DNA of 64,000 nucleotides from Clostridia bacterium (GCA_045656005.1 JAZOQG010000003.1:2226-66225), one strand, 5' to 3'. Shown: positions 48,141 to 58,158, counted from the first letter of the stretch. Notes: generated by a model not told the origin, from the letters alone. Numbers and translations: made by a program.

Positions 48141-49530
48141 TCGGCTTTATTTTTTTGCCATAAATTTTGCGTTCAATATAATTATTTGTAATTTTTGAAA
48201 CAGTGCCTGAAAGGACAATTACTGCAACAAGGTTTGGAATTGCCATAAGAGCATTTAAAGTATCAGAAATTTCCCATACCAATGTCAGATTTAAGGTGGC
48301 ACCGGGCAAAACTGCGAGTGAATATATAATTTTATAAAGAGTTAAATATTTTTTTCCTGTAATATATTGAAGTGCGGATGTGCCATAAAAAGACCACCCG
48401 ATTATAGTTGAAAAAGCAAAAAGCGACATGCTTACAGCCAGAAACACACCTGTATATTCACCAAAAACAGTAAAAAAAGCATTATGCACAACCTCAGCGG
48501 CATTTTCTCCCTCAAAAATTACCCCGCTAGATAAGATTGCGGTGGCTGTAAGAGTACAACTTACAATAGTATCAAAAAACACTTCAAAAATCCCCCACAT
48601 ACCTTGTTCACAGGGCTCCTTTGTGTCTGACTGGGCATGCACAATTGTAGATGCTCCAAGTCCTGCCTCGTTTGAAAAAATACCTCTTTTAAATCCGATT
48701 GAAATTATGCTTTTAAGACCTGTTCCTACTGCGGCGCCATACATCGCCTTAAAACCAAAAGCATTTTTGAAGATGCTTTCAAAAATCTGTGGAAGAACAT
48801 CGCGGTTTACAAATATAACAGTTATGCAGGCACCGGTATATAAAACAGACATAAGAGGAATAAGTCTTTCGGTTACATTTACTATGGATTTTAAACCTTT
48901 TATAATAATTATAAAAATAATTATTGAGGAAAAAATCCCTGTGTAAAAAAGCGGAATTCCCCATGTGCTTTTTAAAATATTTGAGACACTGTTTATCTGC
49001 ACCATGTTGCCAACACCAAAAGATGCTCCAAGGCAAAAAAGAGAAAACAAAAAAGAAAGGGGTTTCCCTAAAGGGTTTAAAAGGCAGTTTGCAGAAAGGC
49101 CGTTTTTTATATAATACATAGCACCGCCCTGCCATTCTCCTTTTTTATCTTTTTGTCTATAATATATTGATAGAACATTTTCTGCATATTTTGTTATCAT
49201 GCCGAGTATGGCTGACACCCACATCCAGAAAATTGCACCGCTTCCGCCCACCGAAAGAGCCGCCGCAACACCTATTATGTTTCCTGTTCCCAAAGTGGAG
49301 GCGAGAGCTGTTGAAATTGCCTGAAAACGGCTGATTGATTTTGAAGTTTCGGATTTTAAGGTTTCACTTTTAAAAAGAGAAAAAAGGGTACATTTTAAGA
49401 CATGGCCAAAATATCTTATTTGAAAAAAGTTTGTTTTAACCCCCAAAAAAAGACCTGTCAATATAATTAAACCCATCATGGGAGTTCCCCAAAGAATATT
49501 TAAAAGAAAATCATTTACATTTTTTATCAT
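48115..49530 (-). CDS. Sodium:alanine symporter (AGCS family)
   Basis: Polytopic 471-aa permease with an AGCS-type N-terminal segment (LWGTPMMGLIILTGLFLGVKTNFFQIRYF). Confidence 0.7.
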   Translation of the reverse strand: MIKNVNDFLLNILWGTPMMGLIILTGLFLGVKTNFFQIRYFGHVLKCTLFSLFKSETLKSETSKSISRFQAISTALASTLGTGNIIGVAAALSVGGSGAIFWMWVSAILGMITKYAENVLSIYYRQKDKKGEWQGGAMYYIKNGLSANCLLNPLGKPLSFLFSLFCLGASFGVGNMVQINSVSNILKSTWGIPLFYTGIFSSIIIFIIIIKGLKSIVNVTERLIPLMSVLYTGACITVIFVNRDVLPQIFESIFKNAFGFKAMYGAAVGTGLKSIISIGFKRGIFSNEAGLGASTIVHAQSDTKEPCEQGMWGIFEVFFDTIVSCTLTATAILSSGVIFEGENAAEVVHNAFFTVFGEYTGVFLAVSMSLFAFSTIIGWSFYGTSALQYITGKKYLTLYKIIYSLAVLPGATLNLTLVWEISDTLNALMAIPNLVAVIVLSGTVSKITNNYIERKIYGKKIKPIISAHKDY

Positions 49531-49617
49531 ATATTTTACCTGCTTTTGGTATTAAAAAATTCTTTTTGTACAAAATATATGTATGAAACTTTGATTTTAT
49601 GAAAAGAGGTTAGATTA

Positions 49618-51501
49618 ATGGGGAAAAAAGCACCCGTGGAAATAACAAAAGCAAGCATTACGGCAGGAATACTTATGGCAATTCTTTTTGGCGGGGCTAA
49701 TGCGTATCTCGGACTTCGAGTTGGAATGACCGTGTCCGCATCAATCCCTGCCGCTGTAATTTCCATGGGGATTATGAGGGTTATTTTAAAAAGAGACTCG
49801 ATACTTGAAAACAACATTGTGCAAACCATAGGTTCTGCAGGAGAGTCGCTTGCGGCAGGTGCAATTTTTACTCTTCCCGCACTTTTTATGTGGGCAGCTG
49901 AAGGAAAAAGTAATTCGCCGTCATTTTTAGGGATTACATTTGTGGCACTTTGCGGAGGTATTCTGGGAGTTCTTTTTATGGTGCCTTTAAGAAACGCGTT
50001 AATAGTTAAAGAAGACGGAACTCTGCCTTATCCTGAAGGGCGTGCTTGTGCGAAGGTTTTATCGGCAAGCGAGGGCGAAGTGAATAAATCCTCCTGTGTA
50101 TTCTGGGGGCTTGGGATTTCAGGTATTTACAAGTTTTTGGCTGACGGCTTAAAACTTTTTCCAAGCGAAATTGATTTTAGCGTACCCGGGTATAAAGGCG
50201 GTTTTGGTGCAGACATATTGCCTGCACTCGCGGGAGTGGGTTACATTTGCAAAATAAAAATTTCAGCATATATTTTTGCGGGCGGGGTTATGGCATGGCT
50301 TGTACTTATTCCGCTTATCTCTTTGTTCGGGGGAGAGAATATTATTTTTCCGTCAGCAGTTATGATTTCGGAAATGGGAACGTGGGAAATATGGCAAAGC
50401 TATATCCGTTACATCGGTGCAGGAGCAGTTGCGGCAGGGGGAGTTATGAGCCTTTTAAAAACTATGCCCCTTATAATAAGCACGTTTAAAAAGGCTTTGG
50501 GGGCATTTTCAAAAAGTGAAACAGAAAATGAGCGTACCTCACTTGATATTTCAATGAAATGGGTGCTTGGTGGAATTTTTATTATTGCACTTTTAATGTG
50601 GCTTGTACCATTTGTCCCCGTGACATTTTTCGGTGCGATGGTAATAGTAATATTCGGGTTTTTCTTTGCAACTGTATCTTCTCGTATGGTAGGGCTTGTT
50701 GGAAGTTCCAATAATCCCGTTTCAGGTATGGCGATAGCAACGCTTTTAGTGGTAAGCGTTATACTGAAAGCAGGTGGCGATAGTGTGGGAGAAGCAATGG
50801 TTTCGGCTATTACGATAGGCTCTGTTATATGCATAATTGCCGCAATGGCAGGGGACACATCACAGGATTTAAAGACAGGTTATATTTTAGGAGCAACACC
50901 CAAAAATCAGCAGATAGGAGAAATTTTGGGGGCAGCAGTATCTGCCCTGACAATTGGTGGTGTTTTATATCTTTTAAACCTTGCGTGGGGGTTTGGCTCT
51001 CATCAGCTTCCTGCACCGCAGGCAATGCTTATGAAAACATTGGTTGAAGGTGTTATGGGCGGAAATCTTCCATGGGGACTTGTAACTATTGGTGTATTTA
51101 TATCCGTAGTGGCTGAAATTCTGCATCTTCCCGTATTGCCGTTTGCAATAGGACTTTATCTTCCAGTTCACTTAAGCACTCCCATTTTCCTTGGTGGAGT
51201 TTTAAGATATATAACAGAAAAGAGAAAATACAAAAAAGAAAGTGGTGCGAGTGAAGCAGTTGAAAGAGGTGTTTTATACACTTCGGGGCTTATTGCGGGA
51301 GAGGGGCTTATTGGTATTTTACTTGCAATTTTTGCTATTATTCCAATAGGTACAAAAACTTTAGAAGAATTTATTTCACTCCCTGACAGAGGGGTTTCAT
51401 TTGGTAATGGAGGGGCGGTAATATTTTTTGCACTTTTACTTTTAAGCATACTCAAAGCGGCATTTGGCGGAAAGGAAAATAGAGGTGGAAAACTATCTTG
51501 A
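49618..51501 (+). CDS. OPT-family oligopeptide transporter
   Basis: 627 aa with about 16 TM helices. OPT-like N-terminal segment (ITKASITAGILMAILFGGANAYLGLRVG). Confidence 0.7.
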   Translation: MGKKAPVEITKASITAGILMAILFGGANAYLGLRVGMTVSASIPAAVISMGIMRVILKRDSILENNIVQTIGSAGESLAAGAIFTLPALFMWAAEGKSNSPSFLGITFVALCGGILGVLFMVPLRNALIVKEDGTLPYPEGRACAKVLSASEGEVNKSSCVFWGLGISGIYKFLADGLKLFPSEIDFSVPGYKGGFGADILPALAGVGYICKIKISAYIFAGGVMAWLVLIPLISLFGGENIIFPSAVMISEMGTWEIWQSYIRYIGAGAVAAGGVMSLLKTMPLIISTFKKALGAFSKSETENERTSLDISMKWVLGGIFIIALLMWLVPFVPVTFFGAMVIVIFGFFFATVSSRMVGLVGSSNNPVSGMAIATLLVVSVILKAGGDSVGEAMVSAITIGSVICIIAAMAGDTSQDLKTGYILGATPKNQQIGEILGAAVSALTIGGVLYLLNLAWGFGSHQLPAPQAMLMKTLVEGVMGGNLPWGLVTIGVFISVVAEILHLPVLPFAIGLYLPVHLSTPIFLGGVLRYITEKRKYKKESGASEAVERGVLYTSGLIAGEGLIGILLAIFAIIPIGTKTLEEFISLPDRGVSFGNGGAVIFFALLLLSILKAAFGGKENRGGKLS

Positions 51502-51531
51502 CTTAATACCTAAAAAGAATTATAATTGGAA

Positions 51532-51790
51532 AATGAGGGAAGGAAAAGCTGTTGTGATTATGCCGCACAAGGGTTTTTGGGCATGGGTGGCGCATAATTT
51601 TTTCGGCACTCCTCAAAAAAGCTATATTGCACTTGATGATGTGGGAACTTTTGTATGGCTTTTAATTGACGGCAAAAATACTTGCAGTAATATCGCGGGT
51701 ATGGTTTTTGAAAAATTTCCTGAAAATATTTCAAACGGAATTTACGAGTACTTTGAAATTTTGAAAAGAAACAAATTTATATGCTATTGA
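51532..51790 (+). CDS. PqqD-family (RiPP recognition element-like) small protein. Start uncertain (TTG 51464 or ATG 51532).
   Basis: YIALDDVGTFVWLLIDGKNTCSNIAGMVFEKFPENISNGIYEYFEILKRNKFI matches the PqqD-fold consensus. Confidence 0.5.
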
Positions 51791-51800
51791 AGGTGATTTT

Positions 51801-53228
51801 GTGATTAATGCAGAAAAAGTTTTTGAGCGTTTTGAAGATATTTTAAAAATACCACATGGCTCAGGCAACATGAAGGAAATCAGTCGTTTTTGTATGGACT
51901 TTGCCACAAAGCACGGACTGCGTGCTGAATGTGATGATATTGGCAATGTTATCATTTACAAAGAGGGAACATTTTCTCTTAAAGATGCAGAGCCGCTTAT
52001 TTTGCAGGGGCATCTTGATATGGTGTGTCAAAGAACTTTGGGAAGTGATTTTAATTTTGAAAAGGACAGTATCAAAGTATACAGAGACGGTGATTTTATA
52101 AAGGCAGACGGCACTACTCTCGGTGCCGACAATGGTATCGGGGTTGCCATGATTTTAGCAATACTTGAAAGCGATTCTGTAGAGCATCCTCCAATTGAAG
52201 CGGTTTTCACGGCTGATGAGGAAATTGGAATGCTCGGTGCATCAGCACTCGATTTTGAAAAGCTGACTGCCAAAAGAATGATAAATCTTGACTCGGAGGA
52301 AATGGGTGTTTTAACCGTTTCCTGTGCGGGCGGATGTGATTTTAAAACAGAAATAACATTCGAGAGAAAAAATGCAAAAGGAAAAAGAGTTGATATTAAT
52401 ATCACGGGGCTTTTGGGAGGTCATTCGGGAGTTGATATAAATAAGTGCAGACAAAATGCCAACATAGTTATGGGAAGAATTTTAAATCATTTAAAAAGTG
52501 TTTCTGATTTTCATATTATGGCAATAGCAGGCGGAGACAAGGGAAATGTTATCCCGCCTGACTGCACCGCAAAGCTTCTTGTATCAGATGATGAGCTTTT
52601 TTGCCGTGAAGCGGAAAAAATTTTTGAAACTATAAAGAAAGAAATATGCGATTGTGAACCATATTTTTCTGTGTCAATTTCTGCTGACGGAGAGGGAGAG
52701 TTTCAGGTAATTGACAAAAAGGCAGAAGAAAGCCTTATTTTCCTAATTACATGTGCACCAAACGGAGTAATGGAAATGAGTGCAAAGATTGAAAACCTTG
52801 TTGAAACGTCACTAAATCTTGGTGTTCTGAAAACGGAAGGAAATAAAATTACTGCTCTTTACACCCTTCGCAGTAATAAGGAAAGTGCACTTTCCGCACT
52901 TTGCGAGAAAATGACCAAGGTTTCATCATCCATGGGACTTCTTTGTGAAAGCTCAGGATTTTATCCTCCGTGGGAGTTTAAGGAAAATTCGTATCTTCAA
53001 AATCTTTGCGAAAAAATCTACGAACAGAAATTCGGGACTTTGCCTAAAATTGAAGCAATCCACGCAGGACTTGAATGTGGCATTTTTACATCAAAAATTA
53101 AAGATTTCGATTGTGTTTCTATGGGACCTGATATGTTTGACGTTCATTCCGTTAATGAAAGACTTTCTGTTTCTTCCACAGAAAAATTTTTCGATTATCT
53201 TTTGGAAATTATAAAAAATATGAAATAA
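51801..53228 (+). CDS. pepD: Aminoacyl-histidine dipeptidase (PepD, M20C family)
   Basis: M20 metal-binding motifs (HLDMV, ADNGIGVA, TADEEIGMLGA, HAGLECG). 475 aa. Confidence 0.8.
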   Translation: MINAEKVFERFEDILKIPHGSGNMKEISRFCMDFATKHGLRAECDDIGNVIIYKEGTFSLKDAEPLILQGHLDMVCQRTLGSDFNFEKDSIKVYRDGDFIKADGTTLGADNGIGVAMILAILESDSVEHPPIEAVFTADEEIGMLGASALDFEKLTAKRMINLDSEEMGVLTVSCAGGCDFKTEITFERKNAKGKRVDINITGLLGGHSGVDINKCRQNANIVMGRILNHLKSVSDFHIMAIAGGDKGNVIPPDCTAKLLVSDDELFCREAEKIFETIKKEICDCEPYFSVSISADGEGEFQVIDKKAEESLIFLITCAPNGVMEMSAKIENLVETSLNLGVLKTEGNKITALYTLRSNKESALSALCEKMTKVSSSMGLLCESSGFYPPWEFKENSYLQNLCEKIYEQKFGTLPKIEAIHAGLECGIFTSKIKDFDCVSMGPDMFDVHSVNERLSVSSTEKFFDYLLEIIKNMK

Positions 53229-53360
53229 GGTGAATTGTTTTTTGCAATTATTCATATAATATACTAAAAGTAAAACTTTTTTAAAAAAAGACTTTACAAA
53301 TTTATAATTGTATGTTATAATAAGATACGTTCTGTGAAAGGACATTGCAAAATTCAATAT

Positions 53361-53437
<77 letters not shown>

Positions 53438-53440
53438 AAG

Positions 53441-53474
53441 TAAAAAGAGAACACCGTAGGGTGTTCTCTTTTTG
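53441..53474 (+). terminator. Terminator, copy A of a duplicated roughly 45-nt terminator block
   Basis: aaaaagagaacacc-gtag-ggtgttctcttttt, then gctttaaatgt. Confidence 0.6.
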
Positions 53475-53626
53475 CTTTAAATGTGAGAGCTGGAACTGAA
53501 TTTGTGATTATGGGGTTATGAGACCGACAGTCGGGCGAATAACTTGATTTACCACCGAGCGCTCGCAGTGCGAGATAAAGCGAGGCGGGAAATGTGCAGA
53601 GGTCAAAATCTTTGATTTTGGGCACC

Positions 53627-53655
53627 TCAAGGTGTGGTCGTTGGTTCAAATACAA
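53627..53655 (+). pseudogene. tRNA 3'-half fragment (duplicate of the tRNA-fMet T-arm region)
   Basis: aaggtgtggtcgttggttcaaatacaac matches aaggtcgttggttcaaatccggcc of the adjacent tRNA-fMet. No complete cloverleaf upstream. Confidence 0.45.
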
Positions 53656-53706
53656 CTTAAAAAATGCAAATTAATAATTAAACTGTCACGTTTGTGGTAG
53701 TTTTTC

Positions 53707-53735
53707 TTGCAATTTTCTTTGAATAGTGATATACT
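53707..53735 (+). promoter_or_regulatory. Sigma-A promoter TTGCAA-17-TATACT driving a structured leader
   Basis: ttgcaa 53707-53712, 17-nt spacer, tatact 53730-53735. Confidence 0.5.
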
Positions 53736-53739
53736 AAAA

Positions 53740-53905
53740 TTGCGACATGATTTGAAAGTATCCACATATATACCACAAGTGTGTATTTTTTACCAATTTG
53801 GTAAAAATGCATGCTCTATTTTCGCATACTTGTGGTTTGTGGGAAATTGTGTCGCAACAATTGGAGTTATGCATTTTTCGTGCGTGGCTTCGGTTGCGCA
53901 CTTTT
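53740..53905 (+). promoter_or_regulatory. Riboswitch-like structured leader: nested long-range helices plus an intrinsic terminator upstream of an RBS and small ORF
   Basis: P1 ttgcgaca (53740-53747) pairs with tgtcgcaa (53848-53855). P2 ccacaagt (53773-53780) pairs with acttgtgg (53827-53834). Internal hairpin tttttacc-aa/tt-tggtaaaaa. Terminator gtgcgtggc-ttcg-gttgcgcac + ttttt (53879-53905). Confidence 0.5.
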
Positions 53906-53926
53906 TATTTATAGGGGAGAAGTATT

Positions 53927-54090
53927 ATGCCTGATTGCAAAAATATGTATCTCAATTTATTCCGTTCGGTTACTGATGCAATTGAAATATTGTCTGATGC
54001 TCAGAAAAAAGCGGAAGAAACTTTTATTAATTCTTCCAAAGAAGAGGAAGAATTAATAAAAAACATAAAGATAATCAAGCCAAAAGAATG
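53927..54090 (+). CDS. Small hydrophilic protein (54 aa) of unknown function
   Basis: RBS AGGGGAGAAG 6 nt upstream of ATG 53927. TGA at 54088-54090 is immediately followed by a terminator. Not in the ORF track (<60 aa). Confidence 0.45.
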
Positions 54091-54091
54091 A

Positions 54092-54125
54092 AAGAACACC
54101 ATGGGGTGTTCTTTTTTTACTTTAA
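54092..54125 (+). terminator. Terminator, copy B (near-duplicate of 53441-53474)
   Basis: aaagaacacc-atgg-ggtgttcttttttt, then actttaaatgt. About 85% identical to copy A, flanks included. Confidence 0.6.
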
Positions 54126-54154
54126 ATGTACAGTTTTCATGGTGTGGAAGTTGG

Positions 54155-54658
54155 TTATATATAAACTCCAAGAATATGCAAAACTCTGTAGTTTGCAAAA
54201 TTATATGATGACAGTTTCCGTCTTGAGGCATTTAGTGTATGTGCATTTACTAAAACATTATCTTCGTCAGGCTCTTCTTCTGTTTCGACAACAAATAGAG
54301 AATGATAATATCTCTCGCCGTTATAAAGCTGAATGACATCGCCTGCTCTTACTGAGGAAATATCAACTTCTGCGGCAAAAGGACCTCGGGTGGAGTTGTT
54401 TATGAGAAATTCGTAGAGAAAATCAACTCCCGTCCATGACGGAGAACGATTGTCAACACTGATATAGTACCACCCTGTTTCAGGGGTATAATTCATAATG
54501 CCGCTCCCTGCATAAAGGCATTGTGAAACAAAGTTTGTGCAGTCACCGCCAATTGCCGAAAAATCATAATAGGCGGGATTTCTCTCGTATGCCCACCTGT
54601 TTGCATATGCCACCGCTTTTCTCCTGTTATATCCAATATTAAAAGGCATCTTAATCAC
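54155..54658 (-). CDS. Putative amidase-domain protein (Cys peptidase-like, PF12671-type)
   Basis: AYANRWAYERNPAYYDF...GGDCTNFVSQCLYAGSG is typical of the clostridial putative-amidase domain. 167 aa. Confidence 0.5.
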   Translation of the reverse strand: MIKMPFNIGYNRRKAVAYANRWAYERNPAYYDFSAIGGDCTNFVSQCLYAGSGIMNYTPETGWYYISVDNRSPSWTGVDFLYEFLINNSTRGPFAAEVDISSVRAGDVIQLYNGERYYHSLFVVETEEEPDEDNVLVNAHTLNASRRKLSSYNFANYRVLHILGVYI

Positions 54659-54695
54659 TCCTTATATATAGAGTATTAAAATGCCTTAATTTTTG

Positions 54696-56054
54696 TTACT
54701 GAACTTTTTGTGTGGGATTTTCCTTAAACTTTTTGAGTGCCTCTTCAAGCTCAGAAAGTTTTGATTTTTTCATGAAGAACTGAATTACTCCGTTTTTCTC
54801 GACTGCCACATTCAAATCATCATACGGGAAAAATTCGAGAGAAATAGTTTCGCCGTTATTAAGCACATATTCTATCGTTCCATACGATGCTATCTTGGTA
54901 ATCGGTTTTGCAATCACTCCGTCAATACTAAGTGCTACGATTTTCTGATAAAGTGATTTGAAAGCAGTTTCTTCAGCATATTTATTATTATAGAAATACT
55001 TTGTTACTTCTTCGCTTTCCTTTTTGAGAGTGAGTGTGCCTGTGACATTTGGAGTGCTTACAGTTACGGATTTTAGCTCTGTAAGCTGAGGAAGGGCGAT
55101 AAGTCTCTGAATGAGGTCAAATCCACGCACTTTCGAAAATGCAATGGAACTTGCGGAAACCGAGTATAAAATCTTTTTGTCCGCTCTGTATGCATAATTT
55201 ACTCCGTTTGCAGAGCCTGTGCGAAGGATTATATTCTTGTCGGGGGTTTTAATGGTGACAGATGTATCAAGCCCGTATTTTGAAAGAGATGAAGGACTAT
55301 CCTCAATTACTGCCTCTGCAATTACTGAAGATGCAGGTGTTACGAGTTTTTCAACAACCTTTTCATTTTCTGCCTTGTGAACAAAGGGAGATGTTATATC
55401 CCAAATACTTAAAGTGTTATAGGGATTTTCTTCTCCTTCTTTTAAGGGGGAATAATCAACCTTTAAAGTTTCCGAGGGAGATGAAATTTCAAATCCTAAA
55501 ATATCAGTTACTTCAAGCGCCACTACATTTAAATCCCTTACAGATGATGGGGTTTTAAAGAAAATGTCGGCTGTATATTCGGAAATTGTGTAAACATCAT
55601 CTTTGTCTGCGAGTTTGAAATAATAGTAATTATCGGTTGGAGTTTTACTTCCCAAAAGCATCTGCTGGCTATTGTCGCCAAAGAAAACTGTAACGGAAGA
55701 TGATGGCTTATCAAGACCGAAATCTCCAAGGTTTTCTGCATTTTTTATTTTGCTCACAGCAGAAATATATGCCGCGTTATATGTTATTGAAAGTGCTTTA
55801 TCCTGCAAAATCTCAACGTTTTTGCCTTCAATTGACCATGTTTCACCATTTTTTATGAGGGTGAAGGGCATATCGTTTTCAAACTGAATTTTGGTAATAG
55901 ATGAACTGTCATTTTCAAAAACTACAATGCTTTCTGTTGGCTTATCGGGGGTTGGGGTATCAGTTGCAGGGTTATAGTTTACTGCAAAAACATAAGCTCC
56001 GATAAGAAGGACAAGCACTGCACAAATAATTATTATATTGCGCTTTTTCATCAC
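54696..56054 (-). CDS. DUF4340-domain protein (GldG-associated auxiliary component)
   Basis: N-terminal TM, long extracytoplasmic region. Last gene of an ABC-2/GldG-like operon, as is typical. Confidence 0.5.
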   Translation of the reverse strand: MMKKRNIIIICAVLVLLIGAYVFAVNYNPATDTPTPDKPTESIVVFENDSSSITKIQFENDMPFTLIKNGETWSIEGKNVEILQDKALSITYNAAYISAVSKIKNAENLGDFGLDKPSSSVTVFFGDNSQQMLLGSKTPTDNYYYFKLADKDDVYTISEYTADIFFKTPSSVRDLNVVALEVTDILGFEISSPSETLKVDYSPLKEGEENPYNTLSIWDITSPFVHKAENEKVVEKLVTPASSVIAEAVIEDSPSSLSKYGLDTSVTIKTPDKNIILRTGSANGVNYAYRADKKILYSVSASSIAFSKVRGFDLIQRLIALPQLTELKSVTVSTPNVTGTLTLKKESEEVTKYFYNNKYAEETAFKSLYQKIVALSIDGVIAKPITKIASYGTIEYVLNNGETISLEFFPYDDLNVAVEKNGVIQFFMKKSKLSELEEALKKFKENPTQKVQ

Positions 56055-57436
56055 AGGCGCCTCCTTTTAAACCATACATAGACACCTGCTGTCAAAACCA
56101 ATATAGGGGGGAGAATACCAAAGATAATAGCATAAAGTATTATCTGACCCTGATTGAGTGTAAGATAATTTACTGCAACGTTTTTAGGTGTTATGGAGAA
56201 GGAGGTTATCTCACCGCCGTGAAGGAAGTTATAGGAATTTATAACGAAATCGCTGTTTGCTGCACTTGCTTCCTGCAAAAACATATTTGCTGCATAAAGT
56301 GAGGAGCCAACGGCTACCACTCTTGCCTTTTTCCCCGTACTTCCTACAACATTTGCCGCCATGCCAAGAACGTATTTTGCAGGAACATCACCGCTTTCAA
56401 CCTGAGGTTTTATTTCAGCGGCTCCGCTTTTTGCAACTGCGCCTTCGCTTGTTGAAAGCAGTATGTGTTTTTCAACGCCTACTTTTTCTGAAAGAGTAAG
56501 GCTTCGCGTTTCGGGAAGAATTACTGCAAGTTTTTTGCTTTCAAAATCCTTTGTTATATCATGCTCACCCGGTGTGGGAATGATATAAAAGGGATTATTC
56601 ATAAGAATATGACTATTATCTGTTTCCATGATAATGTTATTGTCAAAGCTGATGCCGTAGTATTCGTTCATAAACTGGTTTAAAAGGGGCAGGTCATTAC
56701 CATAGTCAAGAGAAATATTAAGTGAACCGCCGCCGTTTACAAATGCCTGAACTTTAGCGATTTCATCACTCGAAAAATCTCTTCTTGGTCCAATAATATA
56801 AAGTACGGCTGTGTCTTCGGGAATATCTGCTGATTTTAAGTCAACTTCCGAAACTGTTGCATTTTCTTTATCTAAAATATTCTGGAAAAATGCCATGCCG
56901 ACTTCTTCGTGACCTGAAGTGAACAAAACGTTAATGTCTTCATCCTTCAAAACATATTCGATAGCACCTGTAAGCCTTGCTTCAAGCTCAAAGGACACGA
57001 TGCCCTGTTTCTGGAAGGTTGTATCATAAAGAGTTGAAGCATCAACAATTTTCATTCTGTCGCCTGATTTTACTACAACGGAATTATCGCTGATTTCTAC
57101 GCCAAGGCTTTTAACGAAAGCAGGGTCTTGTGCAGGGTCTTTCTCTGTGAAATGAATTTTGCTCTGATAACCTTTGTACATGTCAACTGTTTGTTTTACA
57201 TAAAGGTTTTCATTTCCGCTTGTCACAAAGTAATATACATCAACATCTCTGTCAACATTTTTTAAAACGTTTATCGTTTCATCACTAAGCTGAAATACTT
57301 CATTTCCCGTAAGGTCAAGTTTTAAGGGAAGTTTATCAGCCAAAGTAGCAGTGATTAAATTTACAAAAACTACTGCTATGATTACTGCGAGTGCCATAAA
57401 ACGATGATATGTTTTAATTTTAAGTTTATCTTTCAT
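56051..57436 (-). CDS. GldG-like ABC-transporter auxiliary component (ABC_transp_aux)
   Basis: N- and C-terminal TM anchors. Flanked by an ABC-2 permease and a DUF4340 gene. Gly-rich core VNGGGSLN. Confidence 0.55.
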   Translation of the reverse strand: MKDKLKIKTYHRFMALAVIIAVVFVNLITATLADKLPLKLDLTGNEVFQLSDETINVLKNVDRDVDVYYFVTSGNENLYVKQTVDMYKGYQSKIHFTEKDPAQDPAFVKSLGVEISDNSVVVKSGDRMKIVDASTLYDTTFQKQGIVSFELEARLTGAIEYVLKDEDINVLFTSGHEEVGMAFFQNILDKENATVSEVDLKSADIPEDTAVLYIIGPRRDFSSDEIAKVQAFVNGGGSLNISLDYGNDLPLLNQFMNEYYGISFDNNIIMETDNSHILMNNPFYIIPTPGEHDITKDFESKKLAVILPETRSLTLSEKVGVEKHILLSTSEGAVAKSGAAEIKPQVESGDVPAKYVLGMAANVVGSTGKKARVVAVGSSLYAANMFLQEASAANSDFVINSYNFLHGGEITSFSITPKNVAVNYLTLNQGQIILYAIIFGILPPILVLTAGVYVWFKRRRL

Positions 57437-57453
57437 AAATTAATCACTCCTTT

Positions 57454-58158
57454 CTATTTAAACCTGCGGCTTTCAAGTGCGTGGCAGGTGAGATACAAAA
57501 ACAGAGCCGTTACGCTTAAATAGTAAACCACGGGCACAATACTTAAAACACCAAGGTTAAATTCGTTAAATCTTGTGGTTATGGAAAGAGCCGACAAGAT
57601 AGGGGAAATTACAGGTATTCTAACCATATCTTTAAGAGAATCCATAAGATAGAGCACAATAAAGAGGACAAATGTTATAACAGCCGCAACTATCTGATTT
57701 TCAGTAAGGGATGAAATAAAAAGTCCAATGGAGATAAATGTAATTCCCAAAAGTGCAAATCCTATATAGTTACAAAGGGTTTGCAGATATGCGGGCTCTC
57801 CGTGCATGCCTATTACAACGAGATACAAAAGTGTTAAAACGAGTGTAATCATATAAATTGTGCATGCCGCAAAAAACTTTCCGAGCACGATAGACGGAAC
57901 TGATGCGGGAGAAGTTAATAAGAGCTGGTCTGTCTTTTTATTTTTCTCTTCGCTTAAAAGTCTCATGGTAAGAATAGGTATCAGAAACATGAAAACTGAC
58001 AAAAGACTATATAGAACAGTATCAATTGTGGGATAGCCTGAAAGCAGGGTATAAATTATAAAGTAAAAAGCTGAAATCAGCAAAAACATACCTATAAAAA
58101 TATATCCCACGGGAGTTTTGAAATAAGCCTGAAGCTCTCTTTTAAATATCGCTTTCAA
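57454..58158 (-). CDS. ABC-2 family transporter permease (GldF-like)
   Basis: 234 aa with six TM helices. Immediately downstream of the ABC ATPase. Confidence 0.65.
   Translation of the reverse strand: MKAIFKRELQAYFKTPVGYIFIGMFLLISAFYFIIYTLLSGYPTIDTVLYSLLSVFMFLIPILTMRLLSEEKNKKTDQLLLTSPASVPSIVLGKFFAACTIYMITLVLTLLYLVVIGMHGEPAYLQTLCNYIGFALLGITFISIGLFISSLTENQIVAAVITFVLFIVLYLMDSLKDMVRIPVISPILSALSITTRFNEFNLGVLSIVPVVYYLSVTALFLYLTCHALESRRFK

Noticed and set aside
53495-53660. Second complete tRNA or a tmRNA between tRNA-fMet and the small-ORF unit
   Set aside because: Only the T-arm/3' portion matches a tRNA. No acceptor, D or anticodon arms could be folded, and the segment is too short for ssrA.
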